Both the position numbers and the translations under genes were made by a program. Source: Methanocaldococcus sp. 16A (lineage in GTDB: Archaea; AGJL01; Methanococci; Methanococcales; Methanocaldococcaceae). From it: a stretch of DNA of 64,000 nt. Shown piece by piece: positions 51,948-62,748 of the stretch. The notes under the pieces were generated by a model. That model was not told the origin of the DNA, searched no databases, and worked only from the letters and a program-made list of their open reading frames with translations. Where the stretch lies: NCBI GenBank assembly GCA_049860595.1, contig CP187551.1; one strand, written 5' to 3'. How positions within the stretch are numbered: the stretch's first letter is position 1; each line of letters begins with the position of its first letter.

Positions 51948-53609
51948 TTAATCGTATCTTAACACAGCTCCTTCATCAGCTGATGTTACAAGCTTAGCAT
52001 ATCTTGCTAAGTAACCTTTTTTGACCTTTGGTTCAGGTTTTTTCCATTTAGCTAATCTTTCTTTAATCTCCTCCTCTTCTAAAGCCAAATCCAATTTTTT
52101 GTTTATCATATCTATTTTAATTATATCTCCATCCTCAACTATTGCAATAGGTCCTCCGGCCATTGCTTCTGGTGAAACGTGTCCTATGCAAGGCCCTCTA
52201 CTACCTCCACTGAATCTACCATCTGTAATTAATGCAACTGAATCATCTAACCCCATTCCACATATTGCTGAAGTTGGAGATAGCATCTCCCTCATCCCAG
52301 GTCCTCCTGCAGGGCCTTCATATCTAATAACTACAACATCTCCCCTCTCAATCTCTCCTCCTAATATAGCGTCAACTGCTTCTTCCTCACTATCAAATAC
52401 TCTTGCAGGCCCTTCATGTTTATACATCTTTGGATTTACAGCCCCAATTTTAACCACTGCTCCATTAGGAGCTAAGCTTCCTTTCAATATTCTCAAACCA
52501 GCTGTTTCATGGACTGGATTGTCTATTGGTCTGATAATATTATAATCAATGTACTTAACTTCATTAATTATCTCTCCAATGGTTTTTCCACTAACTGTTA
52601 GGCAGTTTTTCCTTATTTTCTCTTCTAAAACTTTTAATACAGCAGGAATACCTCCAGCTCTATGTAAATCAATTATAAAGTGTTCTCCTCCAGGTCTTAA
52701 AGAAGCTATATGAGGCACTTCATCACTCAACCTATCAAAGTCATCTAATGTTATAAATTTTGGCTTTATTTCATTTGCTATTGCTGGAATATGTAAGGTT
52801 GTGTTTGTTGAACCTCCCAAAGCTAAATCTACCAATATAGCATTTTCAAATGCCTCTTTAGTTAAAATCTTATCTGGAGTTACATTATTTCTAACTAAAT
52901 CAACTATTCTCATCCCACTTCTCTTAGCTATTCTTATCTTTTCTGCTGTTGTTGCATGAGCTGTTGCGCAATAAGGTAACGATAAACCCATAGCTTCAGT
53001 TAAACAAGCCATTGTATTTGCTGTAAATAAACCTGCACAGCTTCCAGCCCCTGGACATGCAATATCTTCAATTTCTTTAAGTTCTTCCTCTGTAATTTTT
53101 CCAGCTGCACAAGCCCCAACTCCCTCAAATACGCTTATTAAATCATACTTTCTGCCTCTCAACTCTCCAGGAAACATCGGCCCTCCAGTGACAACTATAA
53201 ATGGTAATCCAGTCCTTATAGCTCCCATTATCATTCCAGGGACTATTTTATCACAGCTTGGAATTAAAACTAATCCATCAAATCCATGAGCTTTTGCCAT
53301 ACTTTCTACAGTATCTGCAATGATCTCTCTTGAAGGTAGGGAATATCTCATCCCCTCATGTCCCATTGCTATTCCATCACATATTGCCATTGTGTTGAAT
53401 TCAAAGGCAGTTCCTCCATTTGCATATATTCCTTTTTTTACTGCTTCAGCAATATCTCTTAAATGTATATGTCCAGGAACAACTTCAGTAAAGCTATTAA
53501 CAACTCCAATAAAAGGTCTTTCTATCTCTTCATCAGTGTATCCGCAAGCTTTTAATAAACTTCTATTTGGAGCTCTTTTTATTCCTTTTTTTACTCTATC
53601 ACTTATCAT
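51948..53609 (-). CDS. ilvD: Dihydroxy-acid dehydratase
   Basis: [35 protein letters not shown]. Confidence 0.97.
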   Translation of the reverse strand: MISDRVKKGIKRAPNRSLLKACGYTDEEIERPFIGVVNSFTEVVPGHIHLRDIAEAVKKGIYANGGTAFEFNTMAICDGIAMGHEGMRYSLPSREIIADTVESMAKAHGFDGLVLIPSCDKIVPGMIMGAIRTGLPFIVVTGGPMFPGELRGRKYDLISVFEGVGACAAGKITEEELKEIEDIACPGAGSCAGLFTANTMACLTEAMGLSLPYCATAHATTAEKIRIAKRSGMRIVDLVRNNVTPDKILTKEAFENAILVDLALGGSTNTTLHIPAIANEIKPKFITLDDFDRLSDEVPHIASLRPGGEHFIIDLHRAGGIPAVLKVLEEKIRKNCLTVSGKTIGEIINEVKYIDYNIIRPIDNPVHETAGLRILKGSLAPNGAVVKIGAVNPKMYKHEGPARVFDSEEEAVDAILGGEIERGDVVVIRYEGPAGGPGMREMLSPTSAICGMGLDDSVALITDGRFSGGSRGPCIGHVSPEAMAGGPIAIVEDGDIIKIDMINKKLDLALEEEEIKERLAKWKKPEPKVKKGYLARYAKLVTSADEGAVLRYD

Positions 53610-53683
53610 TTTATCCCTCTAAATAAAATTTAGATATTCTACTTTAAAGAAATTCAAAAATAAAAATAGAAAGTAAATTTAAT

Positions 53684-54193
53684 TTACTGGCTTTCAGCTT
53701 CCATCTTTTTCTTTAAATATGGCATTAATCCACCTGCCTCTAAGATTTCCATCATGAATTCTGGCAATTTATTTCCTTTCATTACTTCTCCAGTGGTTAA
53801 GTTTTTAATCTCTCCAGTTTTTAAATTAACTTCCAATTCATCTCCTTCATTAACCTTCTCTGAAATTCCTTTACATTCAATCAATGGCAATCCAACGTTA
53901 ATAGCATTTCTATAAAATATTCTTGCAAAGCTTTCAGCAATGACACAGCTAATTCCTGCTCCTTTTAATCCTAATGGAGCGTGTTCTCTACTTGAACCAC
54001 AACCAAAGTTCTTTCCTCCAACAATTATATCTCCTGGCTTAACTTTTTTTGGAAAGTCAGGGTCTGCTCCAGTCATAACAAACTGAGCTAATTCTTCAGG
54101 TTTTGTATAAACTAAGTATCTTGCTGGTAATATGGCATCTGTATCTATGTTATCTCCAAACTTCCAAACTCTTCCTTTTATTACACTCTGCAT
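53684..54193 (-). CDS. leuD: Isopropylmalate/citramalate isomerase small subunit
   Basis: [13 protein letters not shown] loop, [11 protein letters not shown]; start set to ATG 54193. Confidence 0.9.
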   Translation of the reverse strand: MQSVIKGRVWKFGDNIDTDAILPARYLVYTKPEELAQFVMTGADPDFPKKVKPGDIIVGGKNFGCGSSREHAPLGLKGAGISCVIAESFARIFYRNAINVGLPLIECKGISEKVNEGDELEVNLKTGEIKNLTTGEVMKGNKLPEFMMEILEAGGLMPYLKKKMEAESQ

Positions 54194-54311
54194 AACTCTC
54201 ACCTTATAAAGTTCTATTAAAAATAAAAAAAGATTCAAAGTATAATAAATACTTTTATGACTCCATATATTTTTTAAGTATTTAAGGTATAGGAGAGATA
54301 ATTAGTAAGGA

Positions 54312-55529
54312 TTATAACTCCTTCAATAATTTCTTTAGAATTTCCATGTCACATTCAATTTTTATTGGCTCTTCACTCGCTCTTATAGCAGCATCTGGGT
54401 CTTTTAATCCATGTCCTGTTGTTATACAAACAATTCTTTCATCTCTATCAATAATTCCTTCTTCTAACAACTTCTTAAGTCCAGCTATTGAAGAGGCTGA
54501 AGCAGGTTCAACAAAAATTCCTTCTCTTCTTGCTAATAATTTTTGTGCCTCTATAATCTCTTCATCTGTAACTGCCTCAGCATAGCCATTTGATGAATAT
54601 ATAGCATCTAATGCCTTTGGGGCATTTACTGGATTTCCAATTCTTATAGCTGTTGCAATTGTCTCTGGATTTTTGAATGGAGTGATTTCTTTAGCTTTCT
54701 TTTTGAAAGCCTCAACAATTGGCTTAGCTCCTTCAGCTTGAATTCCTGTCATTTTTGGAAGTTCATCAATAATTCCAGTCATTTCAAACTCTTTAAATCC
54801 TTTCCATATAGCTGAGATGTTTCCAGCATTTCCTACTGGAACAATAACTCTATCTGGAACTTGCCAATTTAGTTGGTCGCAAATCTCAAATGCAATTGTT
54901 TTTTGTCCCTCCAATCTAAATGGATTTATTGAATTTAGTAAATAAATTAATTTTTCTTTTGCTAACTGTTTAACCATATTTAAGGCATCATCAAAGTTTC
55001 CTTTAACTTGAATAACCTTAGCTCCATAAAACATTGCTTGAGCTAATTTACCTAAAGCTACCTTTCCATCAGGTAATAAAACTATGCATTTTTTTCCACA
55101 TCTTGCTGAATATGCAGCTAAAGATGCTGATGTGTTTCCTGTTGATGCACAACCAACAACTTCAACTCCTAACTCATTAGCTCTTGTTACCCCAACAGTC
55201 ATCCCTCTATCTTTAAAACTTCCTGTAGGATTAGCTCCTTCGTTTTTTACATAGAGTTCTTTAACTCCAAGCTCTTTCTCTAAATTTTTACATCTATATA
55301 GAGGAGTCCCTCCTTCACATAAACTTACAATTTTACTTTCATTTTTTACTGGTAAGTATTCTAAATACCTCCAAACACCAATTTCTCTTTCTTTAAATTT
55401 TTCTTTTGAAACTTTATCTTTTATTTCTTCATAATCATAAACAATTTCTAATAAGCCACCACATTCGCAGGTGTAGATTATTTCATCCACATCATAAGTT
55501 TTTCCACATTCGATACATTTTTGTAACAT
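54312..55529 (-). CDS. thrC: Threonine synthase
   Basis: NPTGSFKDRG, ASTGNT, EGQKT, VPVGNAGN. Confidence 0.96.
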   Translation of the reverse strand: MLQKCIECGKTYDVDEIIYTCECGGLLEIVYDYEEIKDKVSKEKFKEREIGVWRYLEYLPVKNESKIVSLCEGGTPLYRCKNLEKELGVKELYVKNEGANPTGSFKDRGMTVGVTRANELGVEVVGCASTGNTSASLAAYSARCGKKCIVLLPDGKVALGKLAQAMFYGAKVIQVKGNFDDALNMVKQLAKEKLIYLLNSINPFRLEGQKTIAFEICDQLNWQVPDRVIVPVGNAGNISAIWKGFKEFEMTGIIDELPKMTGIQAEGAKPIVEAFKKKAKEITPFKNPETIATAIRIGNPVNAPKALDAIYSSNGYAEAVTDEEIIEAQKLLARREGIFVEPASASSIAGLKKLLEEGIIDRDERIVCITTGHGLKDPDAAIRASEEPIKIECDMEILKKLLKEL

Positions 55530-55549
55530 TTCATCACCTCTAACTGTAT

Positions 55550-55610
55550 AGAACTGCAGAATGGAATTTTGTAATGAATATAATAAAACATTTATCCCTA
55601 CAAAAGTCCT
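55550..55610. repeat. Degenerate family C element
   Basis: AGAACTGCAGAATGGAATTTT...CCTACAAAAGTCCT. Confidence 0.5.
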
Positions 55611-55721
55611 ATTAAAAAACTTTGATGAGTAACCATACTTTTTATTTAAGAAGTTTTGGTTATAAAGTTTTGCATTAATAGAATTAGTAAAATTGAATAG
55701 AACTCTCGTGGGAATAAATTT

Positions 55722-56025
55722 AAAACCAGTTTCTCGATACTCTTTTCATATCTGTTGGACTCTATGCTTAGATATGCCCAATTTCTTAGCAATATCTTTT
55801 GTTCTATATCATTTTTCTTTCCATCGAATGATATCCTAATCTTTTTATCGTCAACTTTTGTTACGCTCATACTATCGGACTTTCGCAGAATGAATTTTTA
55901 TATTGAATATAGGCATTTAAAGGTGTCAAAGTTTCAAATTTAATACTCATACTGCGAAAGACCTATACTATTAATGTCATCTTTTTTATTATTTTGTCTA
56001 TGCGAAATAATTTTGGGATACGACA
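55722..56025 (-). mobile_element. IS481-family remnant (left end and decayed N-terminal HTH of transposase)
   Basis: Minus-strand end TGTCGTATCCCAAAATTATTTCGCA at 56025-56001; corrected translation TKVDDKKIR/IIRWKEK*YRTKDIAKKLGISKHRVQQI*KEYRETG. Confidence 0.75.
55876..55964. mobile_element. Family C MITE (89 bp) nested in the IS481 remnant, 7-bp flanking direct repeat ATACTAT
   Basis: CGGACTTTCGCAG...CTGCGAAAGACCT; ATACTAT at 55869-55875 and 55965-55971; opposite orientation to 9421 and 47647 copies. Confidence 0.85.
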
Positions 56026-56177
56026 GAGGATGGAATACGTATCAAAAAATATATATATGGATTCTAAAATATCTTAAATACTTGTCCATACTTGTTGTTA
56101 AATATTTAATAATTACGATTTTAGTACTGTTATTAAATTATAGCAATATAAAGATTATTATAATCATAATAATTTAT

Positions 56178-56237
56178 TTAATTAATATCATCAATAAATT
56201 ATACAATTAATTAATATCATCAATAAATTATACAATT
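56178..56237. repeat. Perfect 29-bp tandem duplication
   Basis: TTAATTAATATCATCAATAAATTATACAA x2. Confidence 0.9.
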
Positions 56238-56249
56238 TTGGGGATTACA

Positions 56250-57809
56250 ATGATATACATACAAAAAAAAATAAAGAACCCTATAAAAGACGGAATCGAA
56301 CTTGGAGAAGAAATAAAAAGAAATGTGGGGAGGGCATCTTTAATAATATTCATAACTTCAATATTCGATGAAGATAAGTTAAAAGACGTATTTGAAGGTA
56401 TGAAACAACATATATCCTTAGATAACCTCATTGGATGCTCTACAGGAGGTATATTTGTAGGAAAAAATTATATAAATGAAGATGGAGTTTTAGTTTTAGC
56501 TTTTGATGAACATTATAAAAGTGCAATATCATGTGAAAAAGTAAATAAAGAGGCCAAAGATGTTGGTAGAAAAATAGCAGAAAAAATTAGAACTTGCATT
56601 AGGAATAGATACCAAAAATTGGACATTGATGATAATTTTTTAGGATTTATTTTCTTTGATTGGGATAGAGATAGTGAGCAGGAAATATTAGATGTTTTAG
56701 GAAGGGAGCTAAGTATACCAATTGTCGGAGGAACAGCTGCTGATGATGGTTCTTTTGACAAATTTTTCCAAATATATAAAGGAGAAATTGTTAAAGATTG
56801 CTGTGTTTTTGGAATTATTGGTGGAAAATTAAAATTTGATTTAATTTATGGACATGGATATGAACCAACAGATATTTACGCAAGAGTTACTAAGGCTGAG
56901 GGGAAAGTAGTTTATGAATTAGATGGAAAACCTGCTTATCAAAGATATTTGGAGATGATTTCTGAATATACAAAACTACCAACAGAAGTTATTGAAAAAT
57001 ACCTTAGAAAAAAAAGAAAAAGGTTAAAAGATATTGATTTTTACTTAATACATCCCCTTGGATACATGGATATTAATGGAAATTATATCATTGCCTATTT
57101 AGAAAAAATTGATGATAACGCTTTAGTATTTAGAAGAAAATTAGTTGAAGGAACTTTCCTTATATTAATGAAAACTAATATAGAGAAACAGGTATGTTCG
57201 TTAACTGAGGAATTAAAAAAGAAAGAAAAATTTGAGAGTCCATTGGCATTTATAAACGAATGTTACGCAAGGAAAGTACTAAGGAGTTCAATGTTTAGAG
57301 AACCAGAAGGGAATCTTCCAGAATACCTCCTAAATTTCTACAATGCTTATAAAAAAGTTAAAAAAGTTGATGATGATTATACTATGGAGGACGACTGTAT
57401 TGGTTGGCTTACATATGGTGAGACAATAGCAAAGGACTTGGTAAGATTTCATAATAACTTATCATTTACTGGAGTTATATTTGAATTATCTCAAGATGGA
57501 AAGATAAATTGGAAAGAGGAATTAAAGAATTTCAATTTTGAAGATGATGAGATTGAAGTAATCTCAAATCTAATTAATAAACAACTAACTGCAAAAGATT
57601 TATTACAAATAACAAATTTAGGCCAAACTAAACTATATCAAACACTAAACAAATTAGAAAATGAAGGAATTATAAAATCAATAGGTGGAAAGCCAAAATT
57701 ATACTATATTGACAATATAAAAGAAATTTTACAAAAAACTCATGAAAGGATAGAACAGGAAAATATGGTTAAAAAGATTAAAAGAGAAAAATTATTGAGG
57801 ATGCTCTAA
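56250..57809 (+). CDS. FIST sensor-domain protein with C-terminal TrmB-type winged helix
   Basis: LIGCSTGG, PIVGGTAAD, HGYEP, VYELDGKPA, GWLTYGE, HNNLSF; C-terminal LGQTKLYQTLNKLENEGII...GKPKLYY. Confidence 0.85.
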   Translation: MIYIQKKIKNPIKDGIELGEEIKRNVGRASLIIFITSIFDEDKLKDVFEGMKQHISLDNLIGCSTGGIFVGKNYINEDGVLVLAFDEHYKSAISCEKVNKEAKDVGRKIAEKIRTCIRNRYQKLDIDDNFLGFIFFDWDRDSEQEILDVLGRELSIPIVGGTAADDGSFDKFFQIYKGEIVKDCCVFGIIGGKLKFDLIYGHGYEPTDIYARVTKAEGKVVYELDGKPAYQRYLEMISEYTKLPTEVIEKYLRKKRKRLKDIDFYLIHPLGYMDINGNYIIAYLEKIDDNALVFRRKLVEGTFLILMKTNIEKQVCSLTEELKKKEKFESPLAFINECYARKVLRSSMFREPEGNLPEYLLNFYNAYKKVKKVDDDYTMEDDCIGWLTYGETIAKDLVRFHNNLSFTGVIFELSQDGKINWKEELKNFNFEDDEIEVISNLINKQLTAKDLLQITNLGQTKLYQTLNKLENEGIIKSIGGKPKLYYIDNIKEILQKTHERIEQENMVKKIKREKLLRML

Positions 57810-57823
57810 AATTAAATTTTAAT

Positions 57824-57836
57824 ATGACTTTCGCAG
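57824..57836. repeat. Isolated family C terminal repeat
   Basis: ATGACTTTCGCAG between convergent genes. Confidence 0.5.
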
Positions 57837-57876
57837 TTTATAATATTTAATAAGGAAAAAATGATGCAAAAGGATT

Positions 57877-58383
57877 TCATTCTTTAATAATTCTCCTTAA
57901 ATTGATTGAAAGCAGAGAGCTAATTTTATTTAACTGCTCTTCAGAGATTTCTATTTTTTTCTGAAGTAGTTTAGATATATCAATTTCAATATAATCTTCA
58001 CCAACATCTCTTGGATGTATTGGAGATATTTCATTAAACACTGAAAAGACTGGACAAAAGTCGTGGCAATATAGGCAATATACACATTTTTCATAATTAA
58101 TTTTTGGTATTTTATCTTTAACATAGTTTTCAGTTATTTTAACTGGCTCTATTTGAATCATCTCAATTGCATTAGTTGGGCAAACGTTAGCACATCCCTC
58201 ACAACCAATACAAAGCTCTTCAATAACTGTTTTTGGAATCTTAATAGTTCCAGTTAATATTGCTTTTCTCATCTCTAAGCTTGTATATCTATCACTACCA
58301 AAGATAATTCTTTCTAAGTTTTCATAGATACCAGTCAAAAATATTTTGGCAAAATTTTTTAGCTCAACCAACCTAATCACCAA
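57877..58383 (-). CDS. ehbL: Energy-converting hydrogenase B 2[4Fe-4S] subunit
   Basis: CIGCEGCANVCP, CVYCLYCHDFCP; operon position. Confidence 0.82.
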   Translation of the reverse strand: MVIRLVELKNFAKIFLTGIYENLERIIFGSDRYTSLEMRKAILTGTIKIPKTVIEELCIGCEGCANVCPTNAIEMIQIEPVKITENYVKDKIPKINYEKCVYCLYCHDFCPVFSVFNEISPIHPRDVGEDYIEIDISKLLQKKIEISEEQLNKISSLLSINLRRIIKE

Positions 58384-58399
58384 AATGATATTTTATTCT

Positions 58400-59800
58400 T
58401 TAAGATTGAACTTTCCATTTTCTATGCAAATAGATAGCTTTAGTTGGGCATATATTGTAGCAAGCTCCACAAAATTCACATTTCTCAGTATCAATAACTC
58501 CATAATCAATGCATTCGTTTGGACAAACTTTATTGCAGAGACCACATTTTATACAAAAGTCCATATCAGTTCTAATAAATGAGTTCTCTCTATCAACAAC
58601 TTTTTTATAGGAGGTTATGTTTGGAATAACATCTCTTGGGCAATGAATAGCACATGTTTCACATGCTATGCAGTTATCAGTGAATAAAACTTCCCCACTA
58701 CTTCTATCTATAACTATAGCATCTCTTGGACATACATTTGAACATGTTCCACAAAGTATGCAGTTTTCATCCTTAATTTTTTCCAATTTAACAGTAGTTA
58801 TCTCTATAGCATTTTCTGGACAATTATTTATGCAAATTTCACATAATGAGCATCCACCAACAACTCTATCATCTTTAACTCTTCTAACATCGTTCGGGCA
58901 GATTTTTATACATTCTAAACATTTCCAACAAACGTCTGGACTATAATACAAATGCCCATTCTCAAACCTTAAAGCTCCACTTGGGCAATATAATGAACAT
59001 AATCCGCAATTTATACAGTAACTTGTTGGTTGTTTCTCTCCATTTTCTTTAATTTTAATCACTTTAAAGTTTTCAACTTTTAAAGCATCATTTGGACAAA
59101 CTTCTATACATTTTAAACAGAGAATGCATTTGCTATAATCAACCTCTCCATCTTTAATGGCATCTTTTGGACAAACCTCTCCACATAAATTACAGGATGT
59201 GCATGCATCTATAGAATCTGGAATTATTGTTTCTCTTGGGCATAGATAAGAGCATCTTAAGCATCCAACGCATTTATCTCTATCAATTTTAATTGATTTT
59301 CTTTCAACTTTTTTAACAATGTTTTTTGGAGTTCCATAAGTATCTACTAACTTAATTTTCATAAGATTCTCTAAAACTTTTAAGTATCTCTCTGCAAGAC
59401 CTTCTCTTTTAGTAAATATTAATTCATAAGAGCTAACTCTTGCATTATATGGGCAGACTTCAACACAAGCTCCACACATTGAGCAAATTCCCATTGGGAA
59501 TTTTTTTCCATCTTTCTCCACTATCTTTATAATTCCTATTGGGCAGGCATTAGCACAAATACCACAGCCATTACATCTTCTCCTATCTACATAATAGCCT
59601 CCAAACTTGTTTCTTTTAATTGCTTTATTTGGACAGGCTCTTGCACATTCTCCACAGGTTAAACATGTAAAGCTTTTGTTATTTAATAAAAATATTGCAT
59701 CTGTTGGGCAAGCTTCCAAGCATTTTGCAGTTTTATGATAAAATGGACAAGATTCGCATTTCTCTTCTGCCCTACATTTATCCAGTAAGGTTATAATCAT
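58400..59800 (-). CDS. ehbK: Ehb polyferredoxin
   Basis: More than ten CxxCxxCxxxCP motifs. Confidence 0.85.
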   Translation of the reverse strand: MIITLLDKCRAEEKCESCPFYHKTAKCLEACPTDAIFLLNNKSFTCLTCGECARACPNKAIKRNKFGGYYVDRRRCNGCGICANACPIGIIKIVEKDGKKFPMGICSMCGACVEVCPYNARVSSYELIFTKREGLAERYLKVLENLMKIKLVDTYGTPKNIVKKVERKSIKIDRDKCVGCLRCSYLCPRETIIPDSIDACTSCNLCGEVCPKDAIKDGEVDYSKCILCLKCIEVCPNDALKVENFKVIKIKENGEKQPTSYCINCGLCSLYCPSGALRFENGHLYYSPDVCWKCLECIKICPNDVRRVKDDRVVGGCSLCEICINNCPENAIEITTVKLEKIKDENCILCGTCSNVCPRDAIVIDRSSGEVLFTDNCIACETCAIHCPRDVIPNITSYKKVVDRENSFIRTDMDFCIKCGLCNKVCPNECIDYGVIDTEKCEFCGACYNICPTKAIYLHRKWKVQS

Positions 59801-59838
59801 AATATCACCAATAAGAATAAAATTAATTAATGTAATTT

Positions 59839-60096
59839 CTATTTACCTCCAAATAATCTATTTCCTACAATAATTCCAATTACAGCAGATATATAAGAAA
59901 ATGAAATAAATAGAGTATCATAATATGGAAATGGCTTTAAAAAATATGCAATAATTACAGCTAAAATTAAATATCCAAAAATATTCTTTATCTTATATCT
60001 GTATTTAGCTCCTATCAATACTCCAAATAAAAATGCAAGAATTGATGGATAATATAAATAGTTTGATAGTATTGTTTCCAACATCTTATCCACCAA
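59839..60096 (-). CDS. ehbJ: Ehb small membrane subunit
   Basis: 3 TM; position between EhbI and polyferredoxin. Confidence 0.7.
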   Translation of the reverse strand: MVDKMLETILSNYLYYPSILAFLFGVLIGAKYRYKIKNIFGYLILAVIIAYFLKPFPYYDTLFISFSYISAVIGIIVGNRLFGGK

Positions 60097-60102
60097 ATTT
60101 TA

Positions 60103-60891
60103 TTATTTTAGTTTTTCCTCTGACTTGCTAATTTTTTCAATAATAACCTTTTCACAAGATAATAGGAAAGCAGCTGTAGATAATCCAGCTAAGACCTTTA
60201 ATCCAACAGCTATATTTAAATATGGGATTATTCCAGCTGTTATAATTTCTTTTGGTGCTGGAAATACTATGAAAGAATTAATTTCTGTGAAGTTGAATAA
60301 ATAATAACCTCCAATAACCATTCCAGCAACACCAAATAACAAATAACCTAAAGCCCCCAAAGCCTCTAATTTCTCTAAAAACTTGTGTTCAAACCATAAT
60401 GGACTGTTAGAACCAAAAGCAATGACTGATAATATAAGTGAAGCTGCTATCAAAGCCCCTCCTTGAAATCCTCCTCCAGGTGTTATATGTCCTCCTAATA
60501 TAGTTATAATTCCCAAGGCAGCCATTAAAACACTCATAGGAAATGCCAAAAATTTAATTATTGGAGTAAATTCTCCCCATCTTTGAAGTGTTATATAATC
60601 ATCAGACTCTGGAGCATGAAATACCTCTTTCAAATATGTATTATCATACAATGATTTCCCAAACACAACCCAAGAAACCATAACAGCTACGACTAAAACT
60701 AAACACTCTCCTAAAGTATCGTAAGCCCTCCAATCAAATATCACTGCACATACATAGTTTGGAATAATGTAATGTGTAAGATAAACAGTATTAACTCCTG
60801 GATTTACTTGCATGTTTGCTAAGCTATACAATATAGATGCCCCAAATATAAAGAAGGATAAAGCAACAACTAAATCTCTTTTAGAGCTCAT
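60103..60891 (-). CDS. ehbI: Ehb MnhB-like subunit, apparent EhbH-EhbI fusion
   Basis: N-terminal AVIFDWRAYDTLGE, C-terminal GHITPGGGFQGG. Confidence 0.8.
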   Translation of the reverse strand: MSSKRDLVVALSFFIFGASILYSLANMQVNPGVNTVYLTHYIIPNYVCAVIFDWRAYDTLGECLVLVVAVMVSWVVFGKSLYDNTYLKEVFHAPESDDYITLQRWGEFTPIIKFLAFPMSVLMAALGIITILGGHITPGGGFQGGALIAASLILSVIAFGSNSPLWFEHKFLEKLEALGALGYLLFGVAGMVIGGYYLFNFTEINSFIVFPAPKEIITAGIIPYLNIAVGLKVLAGLSTAAFLLSCEKVIIEKISKSEEKLK

Positions 60892-60921
60892 TTTATCACC
60901 TTTATGGCATAAGATTAAAAT

Positions 60922-61245
60922 TTATGTAATATCTGTCATATAAATGCTGAATGCTATTGCCCCTAAAAATATAGAGAGCCAGAATAATTGATAATTTATA
61001 GCGTTTGAGTTTTCTTCCTTAAACTTAAAGATTAAAGGTGATATTGCTAAAGAAAAAGCTAAAGTTGCTAATCCAAACAATGTCATTAAAGTTTTCCCAT
61101 AAACCCTACCAATAATCAAAGCTCCAAATATAAACAATAAATATAAAGTGAATTCTCCAGTAAATACTGCTCCAACAGTAATGCCATCTCCATGCTCCTC
61201 TTTATCCAACTTCTTTTGAAAGTCATCATAATCCATAAAATTCAC
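60922..61245 (-). CDS. ehbG: Ehb membrane subunit
   Basis: Small TM protein between ehbF and ehbH/I. Confidence 0.65.
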   Translation of the reverse strand: MNFMDYDDFQKKLDKEEHGDGITVGAVFTGEFTLYLLFIFGALIIGRVYGKTLMTLFGLATLAFSLAISPLIFKFKEENSNAINYQLFWLSIFLGAIAFSIYMTDIT

Positions 61246-61251
61246 CTAAAA

Positions 61252-62697
61252 TCATTTTAAAGAATAATTAACCCCTAACTCTTTTGCATAATCCCATAAG
61301 TAGTTTAATACAATATCTGGATAGATTCCAATTATTATACACAAAGCAGTTAATACAAATAAGCTAAAGACCGCAAGTTTAGGAACTTCTTTATTTTGAT
61401 ATTCTTTTAAGGTTTCTTCATCTACTGGCTTTAAATAAATTAAATAAAATGCCTTCATCATAGAGACAAATGTTCCAATACTAACAATAATCATTATTAT
61501 GGTTATTTCTGGCATATTAACTTGCATAGCCGCTTGAGCTAACATCCACTTACTTTGAAACCCATTAAATGGTGGAATTCCACTTATTGCAAGCTTAGCA
61601 CATAAAACCATAAACGCTACAGAAGGCATTAAAGGCAATAAACCTCCTAACTTATGCAAATTACTTCCTCTTTTACAGCTTACAATATAAGCTCCCAAAA
61701 ACAGGGCAGATTTATAAATAACATGATTTATTGCGTGGAAGATACCTGCAACAATTCCCAATGGTGTTCCTAAGGCTAAACCAGTTGCAACATAGCCACC
61801 TTGACTTATAGCGTGATATGCTAACAGCTTTTTATAATCACTCTGCAATAACGCCATTACTACCCCAAACACCATTGCCAAAACTCCCAAAGCAATTAAA
61901 ACTCCATGTGTAGATGAAAAATAATCTAATCCATTAAATAATTTTAGAATAATTAGCATTAAGCCAACTAACACAAATTTTGAGTATGTTTGCAACATTG
62001 CAGAAATAAAACCTTTAGACCTCGCATACAAATCAGCTTTAACGTTATGGAAAGGAGGAAGACCTGCTCCATAAGCTAAACCTACAACTAAAAGCAACAA
62101 TCCTCCATAAATCATTGGATTATCAACTAACAGATAGTTTTTCATGTCTGTAATGTTTAAAGTTCCAGTTGATGCCAATAAGAAAGCTATTCCTAATAGC
62201 ATTAAGGCTGCTGCAACATTACCCATTATCATATATCTAAGCCCAGCTTTATAAGCTTCTTCAGTTCCTGATAGAAATACTAATCCAGCTTGAACAATTG
62301 AAACTATCTCAAAGAATACATACAAGTTAAAAATATCATCTGCCAAAACAATTGCTGCAATACTCGCAAATCCCATTAATGAGAGAGTAACAAACATATT
62401 ATTTTTTAATTTCTCTCCCATTCCTGTAATTAAAACAAGAGAGGCAATTAAAGATAAAGTTACAATAACTGCCTGCTTTGCTGGATTGTATAAATATGCT
62501 ATTCCAGAAACCCACCCATCAATAACTCCATGCCCACCAAAGTAATAATAACCATATTGACTAATAAATGGCAAAACAATCAAAATAGCAGCTGTAATAA
62601 ATGTTATATATTTAACAGCTTTCTCTTTTCCATGTAATAAATTCATGATTATTGCCATGATTAACGGAAACACAATTATCATTGGTAAGTAGTTCAT
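61252..62697 (-). CDS. ehbF: Ehb MnhD/NuoN-like antiporter subunit
   Basis: DIFNLYVFFEI, KKLLAYHAISQ, HAINH, GIPPFNGFQSKW. Confidence 0.88.
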   Translation of the reverse strand: MNYLPMIIVFPLIMAIIMNLLHGKEKAVKYITFITAAILIVLPFISQYGYYYFGGHGVIDGWVSGIAYLYNPAKQAVIVTLSLIASLVLITGMGEKLKNNMFVTLSLMGFASIAAIVLADDIFNLYVFFEIVSIVQAGLVFLSGTEEAYKAGLRYMIMGNVAAALMLLGIAFLLASTGTLNITDMKNYLLVDNPMIYGGLLLLVVGLAYGAGLPPFHNVKADLYARSKGFISAMLQTYSKFVLVGLMLIILKLFNGLDYFSSTHGVLIALGVLAMVFGVVMALLQSDYKKLLAYHAISQGGYVATGLALGTPLGIVAGIFHAINHVIYKSALFLGAYIVSCKRGSNLHKLGGLLPLMPSVAFMVLCAKLAISGIPPFNGFQSKWMLAQAAMQVNMPEITIIMIIVSIGTFVSMMKAFYLIYLKPVDEETLKEYQNKEVPKLAVFSLFVLTALCIIIGIYPDIVLNYLWDYAKELGVNYSLK

Positions 62698-62748
62698 TTT
62701 CTCCCTCCAATATTTTAGAGAGCGTTAAATCTAAAAGTTTATAATTGT

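Noticed and set aside
55745-55812. In-frame TGA codons as selenocysteine
   Set aside because: They lie in a frameshifted transposase remnant at likely Trp/Gly positions; no SECIS seen
55646-56210. ORFs 55646-55870, 55755-55943, 55974-56210 as real genes
   Set aside because: Explained by the IS481 remnant, the nested element and AT-rich intergenic DNA
1887-58946. Many short ORFs antisense or out of frame within long genes (e.g. 1887-2252, 21240-21689, 30778-31233, 52021-52545)
   Set aside because: Shadow ORFs of well-supported genes; F/L/S/I-rich composition and no motifs
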